The notes: generated by a model from the letters alone, not told the origin. Shown: positions 39,801 to 53,558, numbered from the whole stretch's first letter. The stretch is 63,671 bases of DNA, filler included, from Reclinomonas americana ATCC 50394 (GCA_048213135.1; 12 parts of 6 records of this genome joined end to end with filler, not necessarily neighbours in it); one strand, 5' to 3'. Program-made: numbers and translations.

Positions 39801-40552
39801 TCACGTATCCGCGGAGAGCATCTTGACCTCGGGCGCCGGGGCTGCAAGCACAGCCGTCGGCTTGGTGGAGGTGACGACCATGCCAAAGTCGGGGGCCGAC
39901 AGACCGCTGGCGGCGTCGACCTGTGAGTGTGTATCACGACGAGAGTAAGCGCGGAGGGCCCCAGCAAGAGGAACGACGGGAGGGATATGCACCTCACGCT
40001 GCGTGACGGCGGGTACCTGAGCCGCCTTCACGCGCTTCTTGTGAGTCCGCGTCTGGTAGTGCTCGGCCAGCACCGAGTCCGTGATGAAGTGCCGATCGCA
40101 AATGATGCAGTAGCACTGGCCACCACCTAAGTGTGCGCGTGATGAGCAAGGAGGAGGAAGAGTGCGAGTGCATGTGAGAGAGGCGCGATCAAACCAGGGA
40201 GATCAGGGTCGAACTCGCGCTTCTTGCTCTCGCCGGTGAGGACCTGCGCAAACATGAGTGCGCGTTAGAGTGTGGGGAGAGAGAGAGAGAGGAGGGAGAG
40301 TGAGTGATGCACCTCTTTTTGGATGCTTTCCTGGATTTGATCCATGTCCAGTGTGCTGTGTGTGTGGGTGGAGGGAGGGAGGGGCGGGTGAGCAAAGGCA
40401 TCAGTGAATGTGGCAAGAGATGAGGGGGAGTGAGAGCGCATCGGATGCATTCGTGCACCACATTCCGATCTCTCTCTCACACGCACGCACACGCTCTTTT
40501 CTCACCGGTGCTTCGTCTTGCGAAGATATCTTCCCTGTCGTGCGCGTCCCAT
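39801..40552 (-). CDS. ZNF593: Zinc finger protein 593 / Bud20 (pre-60S export factor), 5 exons
   Basis: Spliced product MGRARQGRYLRKTKHRTLDMDQIQESI...FDPDLPGGGQCYCIICDRHFITDSVLAEHYQTRTHKKRVK...VTQREVDAASG matches the family pattern. Confidence 0.9.
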
Positions 40553-41144
40553 GGTGGTTGCTTGGCGATGAAGTGAGTGTGACGGAGTGGTCATGGTGAG
40601 AGGACACGATCACGACGTCGACTGCATCGACAGCGAGCTCTCGCTCAGCAGCAGCAGAAGCAAGTGCAGCAGGCAGTCGGCCACGAAGCTGTGTGCTAAA
40701 GAAGCATCAGGAGCACATAATCGCTGGAGCCGACGTCGACTGGCGAGAGAGTGCAAGAGAACAACGTCGACGAGCTTATGCTCTCACACGCACGTGTACA
40801 CTTGAGGTGCGCACTGGCAGCTTTGTGCATTCGGCTATCGTACCCTGCGCTTGGCTTTGCTTGCTGCTTGCGGTGGGATATCGATCCGGAGGAATATTGG
40901 ACTCGAGCTCGAACAAATGGTTGTCGTCGACGTCTTGCTATGCACACACAAATAGCTCGTCTCGCGTCTCAACACTGTCGTTCACATCATCGAACTACTC
41001 CCCCATCACACAAAGAACAGAAGTGGTGGACGCCCAGCGATATCNNNNNNNNNNNNNNNNNNNNNNNNNNNNNNNNNNNNNNNNNNNNTTAATTAATTAA
41101 NNNNNNNNNNNNNNNNNNNNNNNNNNNNNNNNNNNNNNNNNNNN

Positions 41145-42300
41145 CTTGCGTCTCGTAGTCCGTGAACTTGCGCTCGTCGGCCAGCCGCAGGCAGGTGCCC
41201 ACGAACATGTCGGTCACCGCCGAGAAGTCCGCCAGCTGCAGGTGTGTACCCGAGTTGTTGCGACTGATCGACGCAAACTCGCGGTAGAACGGCGTCGCGT
41301 GGTCGCGGTTCAGACACTGCACCGCGAACAGCATCACGCCGTCATCGGCCAGCGTGCGCGCCTCGCGGCGCCAGTCCAGTCGCAGCTTGTTGTCGGCATA
41401 GTCCACTGCGTGTGGCACGTCGTCACCAATCAGCACAAAGGCCTTGGTCTTGGCGTCGGACGACCACTTCAGGCTGCGCGCGTGGTACATGGCCAGCTCG
41501 TAGCACTCCTCGGCGTCGCCGCCGCCAGTCGGGCCACACTGGTTCTCCACGAAATCGCGCAGCTTGTCCATGTTGCGAGTAAAGTCGCGGTGGCGGATCA
41601 CGTAGCTCGAGGAGCTCGGCGACTTGCCGTCGCAGTAGTCGCCATGGGCGATGACGGCGACACGCACCTCCGGCACCTCCTGCAACAGGCGTGCGATGGT
41701 GTCGGTGAGGTTGCGCTTCACCTCGTCAATGGCCGGGCTCATGCTGCCGGTGGTGTCGAAGGAGAAGCACACGTCGATCGGACCGCCGGCAGGCTTGGCG
41801 CGCTTCTGGCGCTGCTGCTTGGCACCCTTCTCCGACGCTGTCGTGTCGCCGATCTGGTGGAGGAACTGGCACTCGGCACCCATGGCGCAGTGGCCGGCAC
41901 CACTGCGGAAATGCCAGCATGGGTTGTTGGCGTAGGCGTGCACGAACTTGCATGCGGCGCCGTGCTTGCAGCCAGCCGCCGAGTTGAAGTAGCGGCACAG
42001 AGCGCCGCGCGCATCGCGCGGCAGCGGAGCGTCGTGATCGGCCGCAGCTGAGCTGCTGCTGCCGGTGGTGGTGGTGGTCGGAGCGGCGGTAGCAGTTGTC
42101 TTCTGCTTCACTGCCTCGTGCAAGTACTTGCACTCCGCACCGGACCGACAGTGGCCCGCCCCACCACGGTAGTGGCGACAAGGGTTGTCGCCGTAGGCGT
42201 GCACAAAGTGGCAGCTGGTGCCGCGGGTGCAGCCGGTCGGCGAGTTGAAGTGGCGGCAGAGAGTGCCACGGATGTCGCGAGGGAGATGCTGGTCAGACAT
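41145..42300 (-). CDS. Four CCCH zinc fingers plus a von Willebrand factor A domain; 3' end in the gap; no introns in the visible part
   Basis: Two tandem pairs of C-x8/9-C-x5-C-x3-H fingers. The vWA domain has the MIDAS motif DVCFSFDTTGSM, plus GDYCD, GGGDAEECYELA and VLIGDDVPH. Confidence 0.88.
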
Positions 42301-43023
42301 GGTTGTTGTTGTTGTTGTTGTTGAGATAATAATAATAGTTGTAGAGGTTGTGTTGGCGCGCCGAGTGTGTTGAAAGTGTTGAGATTGCATGCACGTGACA
42401 GCATTCATCACGTTCGGTTGCCGGATTTGACGGGAATCGTCGAGATCGTGTCGAAGGCTGTTTTTGGTCAAGCGCGGGATATTTTCGACAGCGACTGGAG
42501 ATGGTGGCACACATGGGTAAGTGCAAGGCAAGCCGTCCGGCAGGCCTGCTGCTGTGATCGCGATTGCATTCGCTGCGCAGTGAATCGCGCTCGACTTCGA
42601 CGTCCAGATCTAGATCTGGATCCGTGACCAAAGAACGTCACCGTCGGCCGCACATACTTCCCTGCGATTGTGCTGTCGACAGAGAGTTGGAATGCATCTT
42701 GTGTCGTGAAACGCGCGACTTGCTTGGCAACTTCTGAGTCTCGACGTTGATTTCAAGCGGTCGCAATTCCTTCGCAATATTTCTCACCCTCGTACACACC
42801 TTTGCACACCCCGCTCACGCCCCACACTTGCAGGCGCACGCGCATCGCCGCCGCAGCCCGAAGTCACTCGCACAATGCAAATTCGTTCAAAAAAGTCCTG
42901 CAAACCGTTGCGCGGCCGGCCTANNNNNNNNNNNNNNNNNNNNNNNNNNNNNNNNNNNNNNNNNNNNTTAATTAATTAANNNNNNNNNNNNNNNNNNNNN
43001 NNNNNNNNNNNNNNNNNNNNNNN

Positions 43024-43894
43024 CGAGATGATGTGCTGGCCAGCCTGGAAAATGTGCTCGCCTCGGAGGAGTCGGAAGAGCAGACAAAGGAACAGCTGGC
43101 GGAGGCACTGAAGGAGCTCGAAACCGTCAAGGCCACCGCAGCTGCATACAAGAGTCTCGTTCAAAGCGTTCCACTTTGCCGCGTTTCCCCTCCCTCACTG
43201 ACGTGTGCCTCTGCAGAGCAACTGGATGCGGCTGCTGCCGCTGGATCGCCAGCAGGAAGCAGCAAGCCTGGCGAGAAAGCGCGTGTTGCTGGCACCAATC
43301 GGTCGCCAAGCTCATCCTCGTCTTCCTCGTCGTCCTCCATCGAGAGCCGCAGTTGCGCCTGCGTGTGTCAATATTTCGTCTTTGAATAACGGTGGCTCAC
43401 ACCACGCTTTTCACAGAGGCCGAAAGTCGCGTTCGTGCCCTGGAGGAGCAGACCGCCAACTTGGCGGCCGAGATTGCCGAACTACGCAGTTGCGCACGAC
43501 CGCTTACACCGTCGTCGCGTCTCTCTGGCTCACTGCGTTGTTATTCTCCCCTCGGCGCAGAGGCCAAGGAGGCTGCCGACCAGCGAGCTCGCTCGGCGGA
43601 GGCGGCACTGGAGGCCGCTCGCGACGAGACAGCCAAGGTGGAGACACCGGTGAAGGATCGCCAGCGCGAGGAGCTGGCCAGACAAGTGGAGCAGCTGTCG
43701 TCGCAACTCAGCGACTTGACGAGTTTCGTAAGAGAGAAGCGTCTTGTCGCAGACGTTGTGTCTCATGTTTCCACTGCAGAGGAACGCGACGAAATGGAGA
43801 GCGACCTCAGTGTGCTGCAGGACACGATTGAGAAGACCAAGGCCATGAATGAGAGTTGCGCCACTTGCAGTTCTCCCTCGTTGTTCGTGCGCTC

Positions 43895-43930
<36 letters not shown>

Positions 43931-46900
43931 ATCACGTAGAGGACAAGGTCAGGTTGACAGCAGCCGTCAAGACCGAGACCGACCGCGCCACGCAGTTGGA
44001 GGCCGATAACACCAGTTGCGTGTGCGCCAGCATGACACACTGTCAATCGTCGACAACTGTTTCTCACCAACAATCTGCGTTCCTCACAGAGTTGCGTGAC
44101 AACGTTGCGTCGTTGACGACTCAACTCGAGGCGTTGCGAGAGGAAGCAGCCAGTTGCGTGCACCACGATTGTGCACCCGTTCAACACGAGGCATCCACTG
44201 ACTTGCATATTGTGTGCAGAAAAGGACCAGTCGCTGCGTGCGGCCTCGGCCGAGCACTCGGAATTGGAGCAGCTGCAGGGTCTGTCAGCTCGTTTCGATT
44301 TTGTCGTGTACGTCAAGCAGCTCACGTGTGATCCTTGCAGAGGAAAAGTCGCGCCTGCAGTCCCGTCTGCAGTCACTCGAGGTGGCTCACGAGGAGGCAC
44401 AGAACGAGTTGGCGGCTGCCCAAGGTTCTCACTGCGCACTGTTCATTGTTTGCCTCTCCTTCTCTCAACTTGAGCCACGCAGAATTCAAGGGTGCACTGG
44501 CGAGCGAGCTGGAGGAGGCCATCGCCACTAGCGTGCAACTGGAAGCCGACAATGCCGTTCTCAAGGTCCAACTGGAGAACGCCGAGAACGAGAGCCGCAG
44601 CCGCCACGAGGCCTTGCAGAGTTGCTTCCAGCCACCCACTTGCGCACCCTCCCTCTTTTTTCACTAACTCTGCGTGTGTTTTTGCGTCGCACAGGAGACT
44701 TGGAGGCCGGCAAGAGCAGACTGGCCGACGCCGAGCGTGCTGCCGCAGAGAAGCTCGAATCCGCGCACCGTGAGGTTTGTTGCTCACACGCGCACAGTTG
44801 TGTCTCTCACACACGCATGCATTCCTCAACTCGTACGGTGCGCAGCGTGCCGCCGTGGAGCAGCAAAAGGCCGCCAACGAGGCGCAATTGCACGATGGTG
44901 AGAGTTTGTTGTCTCCATTGTTCCCTGGCCCCGTTGTCAATCCTCACCCCTTGTGAAAACAGCCAAGACGCGCATCGAGCAGCTGTCGTCGGAGAACGCG
45001 AATCTCGGCCAGCGAGTGACCGAAGCCCAGCAAGCACGTGCGCAAGTGGAGCAGCAACTGGCAGCCGCCCAGCAGAGCCTTGCCGAGAGTCGCCAGCGAG
45101 AGGCCGTGCTGTCCAAGCAGGTCAGCGAGTGGGAGCAGCGTTGCAAGGATGCCGAGGCCCGTGGTGCGTCGGCCGCGGCCACCATCCAGCAGCTGCAGGC
45201 GCAGTTGCAGCAGGCCGAGGCACAGCTGAAGGCCCAGATTGCCGACCTGCAGACGCGTCTTGGTGCTGCCGAGTCGCGCGGTGAGAAGCTGTCTACCCGC
45301 CTCGGTGGTTTGCGCAAGTCCATGCAGGTGCGTGTGCACGAGATTGCCACTTCTCTCTTTGGCTGTTCACCTCTCACGGCACACATTTGTTGCAGGCGGC
45401 CGCCGATGTCGCACAGCGTGAGTCGCGGCGCGTCAAGGCCGAACTCGTGCAACTGCGCACCTATGTCGGTGACAAGATGCGCACCAGCCTTGACGACATG
45501 TTGCGTGAGACCGCCGAGTCCGTGCTCAGCCGGTGCGGTGAGCTGGTCGAGGAGTACCGAGTGCGCTACCGCGACGAGTGGGTGCTTCGTCGCAAACTCT
45601 TCAACTTGGTGCAAGAGCTGCGTGGCAACATCCGCGTGTTCTGTCGTGTGCGCCCGCTGCTGTCGGACGAGGTGGCGGCTCGCGTCGAAGAGTGCTTCAC
45701 ATTCCCGGCCGAGGGCGAATGCGTGCTCAGCGATCCGCGTCGCGGTCGCTCCAGTCGCTTCGAGTTCGACACGGTCTTTGGTCCTGCATCCACGCAGGAG
45801 GAGGTGTTTGCCATGGTGGAGCCACTCGTGACCTCGGTGCTCGACGGCTACAACGTGTGCATCTTTGCGTATGGTGCGCCCACTTGTCCTGCCTGCACCA
45901 CTCCCTTCTTGCTCACTCACTCATCTCCAACGTATCAGGTCAAACTGGCTCCGGTAAGACGTACACCATGGAGGGCACGCCGTCGAATCAGGGTATTTCC
46001 TACCGCACGGTGCACGAGCTGTTCAAGGTGGTGGAGGCGCGCAAGCCCGACCTGAACTACGTGTTGGAGGTGTCGGTGTACGAGATCTACATGGAGCAGA
46101 TCTTTGACCTGCTGGTGGCCCCGGTGCCGCCTGGTCGCGGTGGTCGCCCGCCGGCCAATGCTCCGCGCCGCGACAAGTTGCGTCACGTCGCGCCAAGCAA
46201 AGGCTCCACAAGAATAGACGCTGACTGTATCCCTCTCTTTTCCCTTCAGGCTTGACGTGCGGCTCGGTGGCAAGGACGGCGTGTACGTGGAGGGCATGAC
46301 GCGCCGCGAGGTGCGCACACTCGACGAAGTGCTGTCGACTCTCGCCGAGGGACACTCGAATCGCTCGGTGGCCGAGACCAAGGCCAACGAGCACTCGTCT
46401 CGCTCGCACCTGCTGCTGTCGATTTACGTCAATGGCGGCAACCACGTGACGGGTGAGACGGTGCGCGGCAAGCTGCACCTGGTCGATCTGGCCGGCTCGG
46501 AGCGCATTTCGCAGACTAACGCCACTGGCGATCGTCTGGAGGAGGCTAAGAGCATCAACAAGAGTCTATCGGCACTGGGCGACACGATTCAGGCGCTCAT
46601 CAACAAGAGCCGTGCCACGGCAGCTGCGGGTGGTGACTCGACGGCCGCCGCCGGCGGCCACGTGCCCTACCGCAACTCCAAGCTGACCTTTTTGCTGCAC
46701 GACTCGCTGGGTGGCAACGCCAAGACGGTTATGATTGTGAACGCCAGTCCGACGCTCGAGGACTCGGCCGAGTCGCTCTCCTCGCTGCAGTTCGCCTCGC
46801 GCGTGCGCAAGGTCGAGCTCGGCAAGGCCAAGAAGAACGTCATGAAGGGCTCCGCGTCCACTCCGATCCTGGAGGATCTGCCGATTGGCGGAGCCAGCGG

Positions 46901-46979
46901 CAGCGGCAGCGGCTCCAACCCATCCAGCGCACGCGGATCGGCACCCAACAGTGCCCGCGGTCAGCCGCCTGCGCAATGA
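43024..46979 (+). CDS. Kinesin-14 (C-terminal motor, KIFC3/KCBP-like neck) with a long coiled-coil stalk; 5' end in the gap
   Basis: Neck RRKLFNLVQELRGNIRVFCRVRP, P-loop FAYGQTGSGKTYTM (spliced), switch I NEHSSRSH, switch II LVDLAGSER, and HVPYRNSKLTFLLHDSLGGNAKT. Confidence 0.95.
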
Positions 46980-47043
46980 ATGAACGTCGCCACTCAATGT
47001 TGTCCTTCGCGCTGCGTCTGTGTCGGTCGGTAACTCGTCGTCA

Positions 47044-48386
47044 ATGGCAGACAGAGAAGTGCGTGACACAGTATGGGAGGGCCACATTCCGGTGGAGTTC
47101 TCACTCGCGGGGCGTGAGCTCACCACCATGGACGTGCCTCCACGCGTCTTTGTTGCGGACATGTCGTCGTCTCTCACAGGAAAACACCTTCTGACAACAC
47201 ACATGCACAGAGGATGGTGCCCCGCACAGCCTACATGCCCATGTTGGCCGAGGAGCTGCTGGAGATCTTTGAGCGGTTCACACTGCGCAGCTCACCAGCG
47301 TGGTTTGACGTCGACTTTATCCCCCTCAAATGGTGCGCAGATTGATCACACACACACCCTCACTCTCTCTCTGTTGCTCTCACACTCACTCATCCTCGTA
47401 CACAGGCAACTTCCGGTCGGTGTCTTGTTCGACTGTCACGCAACAACGTCGCTGCTGCAAGGTGGGGGCGGAGGAGGCGAGGATGCTATCGATCGGCCGT
47501 GGCAGGTGACAGTACACTTCCAGAACTTTCCGCGCGACGAGCTCGTCGACATGCGCAGTGTCAAGCAGCCGACACCAGGCACAGCATCTCCGCCCGCCAC
47601 CTCCTCCTCTGCTGCGCCGAGTGCGAGTGAGCGAGCAAACTTGCATGCAGAGTCGATGGAGTGGTGCTTCTTCAACCTGCTCAAGGAGGTGAGGCAGAGA
47701 TAGAGGGAAGAGTGCGTGGAGGCGGAACGGGAAGAGTCACCACGACGCTGCTACAGAGCTTCCAGATGCGGTATCGATCGACAAGAGCGTTGCAGACGCT
47801 GTCCAAGCCCGACGAGACGCGTCTGTGGCAGGCCGTGCAGCAGAAGAACATGAGTGGGTACTTTGAGATTGTGGATCGCCTCTGCACCGAGGCCGACAAC
47901 CGTGCCAGTGCCGCCGACAAACAGTGGGCGTTTTTCCCGGTCAAGGCGGTCATCTTGTCGAGCACGGCGCGTGCGGATGGTCGTGGCGATATCAGGCTAC
48001 GAACTGTCGTGTGCCCTTACAGAGGTGCAGCCTGCAGCCTGCGTGCATTCGTGCACGACCTTTCTGGGTGTTCCCTCCATCGGCTGATCTGCGTACATGT
48101 GTGTGTGTGTGCAGCCGACTTGACGTTTGAGGAGTTTGCTCCGCTGGCGTGGGAGGTGCTGACGGAGGAGAGACCAGACCTGCGAGCCGTGGATGAGTCG
48201 GATGGTGTACCACTGGAACTGGCGCACGTGTTGCGTGTTGATTCACAACGTCACGCCTGGCAGCTGGTGGTGCACGGCGTGACGGTGGATCCCGACACGC
48301 CGCTCCGTTGGCTCTGCACCAACATGAGCAGCGCCGACGGCACGTTGTATGTCGTCGCACAACCGCGATCGCCTGTCGCCACCTGA
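47044..48386 (+). CDS. ATG5: Autophagy protein 5 (5 exons)
   Basis: VWEGHIPVEF, MVPRTAYMP, WFDVDFIPLKWQLPVGVLFD, PWQVTVHFQNFP, FFNLLKE (the ATG12-conjugation Lys region) and HGVTVDPDTPLRWLCTNMSSADGTLYVV. Confidence 0.93.
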
Positions 48387-48666
48387 GCAGCAGTGGACTG
48401 GTGCCGTGCCGGGTGTGTTTTGTGGAGTAAACCAAGGAGGTGGAGAAAACCAACCTGCCATGGTGCAATTCGTTTCACTTGTCAGACGCGACCGCGCTGT
48501 GCTTCTTCAGGACTCGCAGCAGATCCGTTCTACTCTAGTGTCGGTGTGTGCTTGAGTGGGAGATCAAGAAGTACACTTGTCGACATCGACGTCCTGCTGT
48601 CGAGTTGTCAGCTTTTCAATCGTTCAGTGAGCAGTCGCTCTCTCTCTCTCTTCTCTCACCATACAA

Positions 48667-51600
48667 ATGCAAGAGGATCCAGTGGGAGACGACACTGGGG
48701 GTGGCTCTGTGGGCTCAGGTCTCGGTGGGGGTGGATTGGGCGGTGGTGGCGGTGGTGGCGAAGCGCTGCTGGGTGGCTTCTCGCTGAGAGAGGTCGAGTC
48801 GTGGTGCGAGACGCTCTTCCAACATCACGACGACGATCGACGTGCGGAGGCCAGTGTGCGCCTGGCGCCTCTTGCACAGCCTGGAAAAGAGGCACTGTTG
48901 TCATTGCACGCCCTGTTGGATCGAAGTGCGGCGCCGTATGCGCAGTACTTTGCGGCGACCACGTTGCAGAGACTGGTCACTGCGCACTGGAACACACTGT
49001 CGACGCATGAGAGACTGGATCTGAGTTGCGTGGCCTTGCGTGCGTGTGTGTGTGAGAAAAAACGCGTGCAATGTCGTACTTGACACGCGCGCGCGCGAAC
49101 ACACAGCACGCCTGCTCTCTCTCTCTCTTTCTCCTCGTCTGTGTGTGGTGGTGTCGTACATGTGAGGCGTGCTGCGCTGTGAGCATCTGCGCAAGTTGTG
49201 CTTTCCGTACACATCGAGAGTTGTCCTCGTCGTCGTGGCTCTCAATCATCATCATCATCATCCAACGCGATCTTGTGTGTGTGTGTATGTGAATGCAGAG
49301 AACTACGTGGTGCAGTACTTGGCGCAACGCGGGCCGCATCTCGTGCAGTTCGTGGTCACCGCAGTCATCCTCCTGTTGTGCCGCATGGCCAAGGTGAGAG
49401 GCAGGCAGGCGCTCGAGTTGCATCACACATGTTTTCGTTGTGCAGTTCTGACTGTGTCGATGGTGATGATGGTGTGTGATAGTTTGGATGGAACGAGGCC
49501 GAGGAGTACAGGCAGCTGCCGGCGCAGATGAACGAGTTCATGGGTGTCTCGGTCGACCTCATGGTCATTGCGCTGCAGAGTTGCGCCGCAATTTGGGTAC
49601 TCTCATTCGCCCTCGCTCTTCCGCTCACCAGCCCATCTCGTCTCAGCGCTCTCCGAGCTTATTCGTGAGATGAACACGGTCAACACACGCCGAACGCTGA
49701 CGCAACATCGCAAGGTGGCCATCCACTTCCGTGACTCGGCACTGCTGCCGATCTTTGAGATGACGCTCGACACGCTGAAGCGCTGTGTGGCCGGCGTGCT
49801 GGGAGTGAACGGCGGTGCGTTTCACTCTCTTTGAAACACACATTCGCACGCACACGCACACCTCTGCCCGCTCACATGAATGGTGATTTTGTTGGGGGAC
49901 CAGACAAGGACGACCAAGTACGGGGAGCGGCGCTGGGACTGGCGCTGCAGTGTCTTTCGTTTGACTTTGTCGGCATCTTCCCGGACGACTCGTCGGAGGA
50001 CATTGGCACTGTGCAGATGCCGGTCACGTGGCGGCCCATCATTCAGGACCTATCGAATCTGCATCTGTTCTTCGACTTGTATCACACCTCGCGGCCGTCG
50101 CGCTGCCAACAAGCACTGCAGTGCGTGGTGCAACTGGCCAGCGTGCGACGCTCGCTATTCCAGACGGAGCCGGACCGCAAGAACTTCCTCAGCCAGCTGC
50201 TGCTGAAGACCAACCAGATCATGCAGAGCCGTGTTGGACTGGACGACGAGAACGTGTTTCACGAGCTGAGTCGTCTGCTGGCTCGCATCAAGGGCAACTT
50301 CCAATTGACTGGTTAGCACTGTCGTGCACTACCCCGCTGTCCGTGCCTTCCCAGTTGTGCCACGCATTGACTCTCCTCGCTCTGTCTCTCTGCAGAAATC
50401 GTCAGCACCGACGAGTACGATCAGTGGGCCAGCCTTGCGGCCGATCTCACCATCGAGTCGTTCCGCTCGTGGCAGTGGGGCGCCAACGCCGACTACTACT
50501 TGATGAACTTCTGGAGTCGCATGGTGGCCACGCTACCGTACCTGAAGGGCCAAAAGCCATCCATGCTTGATACATATGTGCCGGAGGTGGCGATGCTCGT
50601 TTTTCAGTCGTCTCCGTCATTGATGCACAACCTCACTCGTGCCGTCGTCGCACAGATTGTCAAAGCGTACGTGGAGTCACGATTGGACATGGCCCGCGCC
50701 GTGTGTCACGACGACCAGTTTGACAACATTTTGCGCGAGGAGGAGCGCCTGCTGACCCAGTTGGATGGCTTCCCGCAGCTTGTCCGCACGTTCTACGACA
50801 AGATTGCTCCGTACCTGGCCATGATCATGGATCCGCTGATTGAGAATTACTCGCGGGCCGTGCTCATGCTCCAGCAGGGCGACTTGTCGGTGGTGCCGGA
50901 CACGGAGATTTTCGAATCGCAGCTGGCGTGGATGGTGTGTGTGTGTGCACCCTGCACAAACAATGACTTGTGTGCATTCGCACTTGCTCACATGCTGCTG
51001 GTTTTGTTTTTATTGCGCAGGTGTACTTGGTGGGCTGTGTGATTGGCCACCGTCTGTCGGCGGCCACGTCGGAAGCGCTGGACCTGTATGACGGCGAGCT
51101 GGCCTCTCGTGTGATGCAATGCACACAGATTGTGCAGGCCCGCATTGAGTTTTGCGCGCAAATGGTTCGCTGATTGCATATGCGCGCGCGTGCCCGCATG
51201 GTTGACTAACGTGGTCTCTGACGGCAGACCGAGCGTGTGAACACGGAGCCGCTGGAGATGCTCGAGTGTGGATTCGTGTACTTTTTCCAGCAGTTCCGCC
51301 GCGTTTACATTGGCGAGCAAGCCATGACGTCGTCCAAGGTGTGCCTTTTTTGTGGCACGCGCGCGTGTTGCAGCTGTACCGCAGTTCTCACGCTTCATGT
51401 ACAGGTGTACTCCAAGCTGACGGAGTTGTTGGACCTGCAAGATCACCTGGCCGTTCTCAACATCATTGTCACCAAGCTGGCCAGCAACCTTAAGGTGTGG
51501 GCCGACAAAGACCGCATCATCAAGAACACGCTGGCACTGCTGCACGATCTGTCTATTGGCTACAGCAGCGGCAAGCTGTTGCTGAAGCTCGACGCCGTCC

Positions 51601-53170
51601 AATTCATGATCCAGAACCATGCAGTTGTGTCTCCAAGAGCCCCCTGACTGCTGCTGTTTCTTCCCCTCACGGTGTGCTGACTTCTTCTTTCTCCTCCTCC
51701 TCCTCCTCCTCCTCCTCCCTCGCACACAGAACGAAGCGCTTGGCTTTGTCAGCAGCGTGCGCAACATGAAGTATCGCATGACGTTCTACGCGGCCCTCAC
51801 CAAGCTGCTGGTCACCGAGCCGGATGCGGAGAACAAGTTCCAGGCCTTCCTGCAACCGCTACACGACGCCTCCATGGAGCTCCAGGACGCGCTGGCCAAT
51901 GGCAACCACATGGATCCGGCCGTGCGCATGGCGCTGGTGGGCTGGATGCGCGACACGCGAGGTGTGCTGTCGGCACTGCTCAACCGCCGCAACTACAACA
52001 TGTTTTTCGAGTGGATCTATCCGCAACACATGCCACTGCTGGAGGGTGCGGTGGAGCTGTGCTGCGATTCGGTGGAGGTCAGCATTGCACTGCTGAAGCT
52101 GCTGTCGGAGCTGGTGCACAATCGCTCCGACCGCATCCTCTTTGATTCGTCGTCGCCGAACGGCATCCTCCTGTTCAAGCACACCAGCAAGATCCTGGTC
52201 ACGTACGGCGACCGCACCTCCCGCCTGGCAGTCTACCAAGACGCCTACAAGGAGAAGTACCGAGGCATCTGTGCCTGCTTGGCCACCCTGTCGCGCTCGC
52301 TCAACGGCAACTACTGCAATTTTGGCGTCTTCCAGTTGTACAATGATCCGGCTCTGGTGGATGCACTGCACGTGTGCATTACGCTGGCGCTCTCGATTCC
52401 GCTGAATGATTTGATGGTGTGTGTGCTTGCGGGCGCTACGTGCAGTGCGTCTGGTTGACTGACTGCGCGCGGGATACAGTCGTACCCGAAAGTCTGCAAG
52501 GCCTACTTCCACGTGCTACAGACGCTGTTCCACAAGTACATGAACATCGTGGTCATGTTCGACACCAACATGTTCCTGCAGCTGCTGCAGTCGATTGAGG
52601 TGAGTGCGGCTGCTCTGCTGCCGTGTCGCGTGTGACTGCTGCTCACGTATTAAAAAAACAACGAGCAGGAGGGCATTCAGAGCATCGACACGAGTATCTC
52701 CAGCCAGAGCTGTGTGGCGCTCGACCACGTGGTCACCTTCTTCTGGAAGGAGAGCCTGAAGGGCAGCGAATACTTCCAGAAGATGCAGGCGCACCTGTCC
52801 ATGCAGCCGGATCTGATGCCGCGCATGCTGGCTGTGTTGCTCAACATGATTCTGTACGAGGAGAGCAACAACCAGTGGTCCCTGTCACGGCCGTTGCTCA
52901 CCCTCATTGTCACCTACACCGAGGTTGGTTGCGCGCCTTTAGTATCTTGGCAGTGTGCATTGGAAACAAATACTCATATCGTTGCTGCAGGACTTTGATC
53001 GTCTGAAGGCCGAGGTGGCGGCGACGCTGGATGGTGAGCGGCAAAATCTGCTCATGCAGGCGTTTGATACGCTGATGGACAAGGTGTTGCCGAACTTGGA
53101 CCCGAGAAACCGCGACGTGTTTACGCAAAACATGACCTTCTTCCGAACAACAGTCAAGGGCTTCTTGTAG
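48667..53170 (+). CDS. XPO7: Exportin-7 / RanBP16-17 family nuclear transport receptor
   Basis: PYAQYFAA, LTQHRKVAIHFRD, CLSFDFVGIFPDDSSEDIGTVQMPVTWR, QLASVRRSLF, FFQQFRRVYIGEQ, FDSSSPNGILLF, YCNFGVFQLYND, NQWSLSRPLL and RNRDVFTQN. All introns are GT-AG and in frame. Confidence 0.95.
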
Positions 53171-53527
53171 CTGTGGTGTCTCTCGTCTCGCATGTGCATG
53201 GTTGCTGGTGCAGTGAGATTTGCCCGCTACCATTGATTATTGAATGAAGAAGAAGAAAAACAAGCAAGTGTGAGTCTTGGTGGTGGTGGTGGAGAATGCG
53301 ATTGAAAAATGGACGCGATTAATCAACCACAGAAGCATCACGATTACCGCCAACATGTGTACAAGAGACAGAGAGGTCAAGGCAAAATAAGAGCCAAAAA
53401 ACAGGAAAAATAAGAAAGCTATCGCGCACCTGCACCCACGCACAGCGAATGCGAGGATGCGTTTCTTGGTCCTTCTCCCTCCACACCGCTCTTCCGATCG
53501 CCACAGACCGCGCCACCCAGTAACACG

Positions 53528-53558
<31 letters not shown>

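Noticed and set aside
41146..42051. Long antisense ORFs opposite the vWA, kinesin and XPO7 exons
   Set aside because: These are shadow ORFs expected from GC3-rich codon usage.
37356..53170. Alternative genetic code or stop-codon readthrough
   Set aside because: All conserved genes splice into open frames with standard codons and end in TAA, TAG or TGA.
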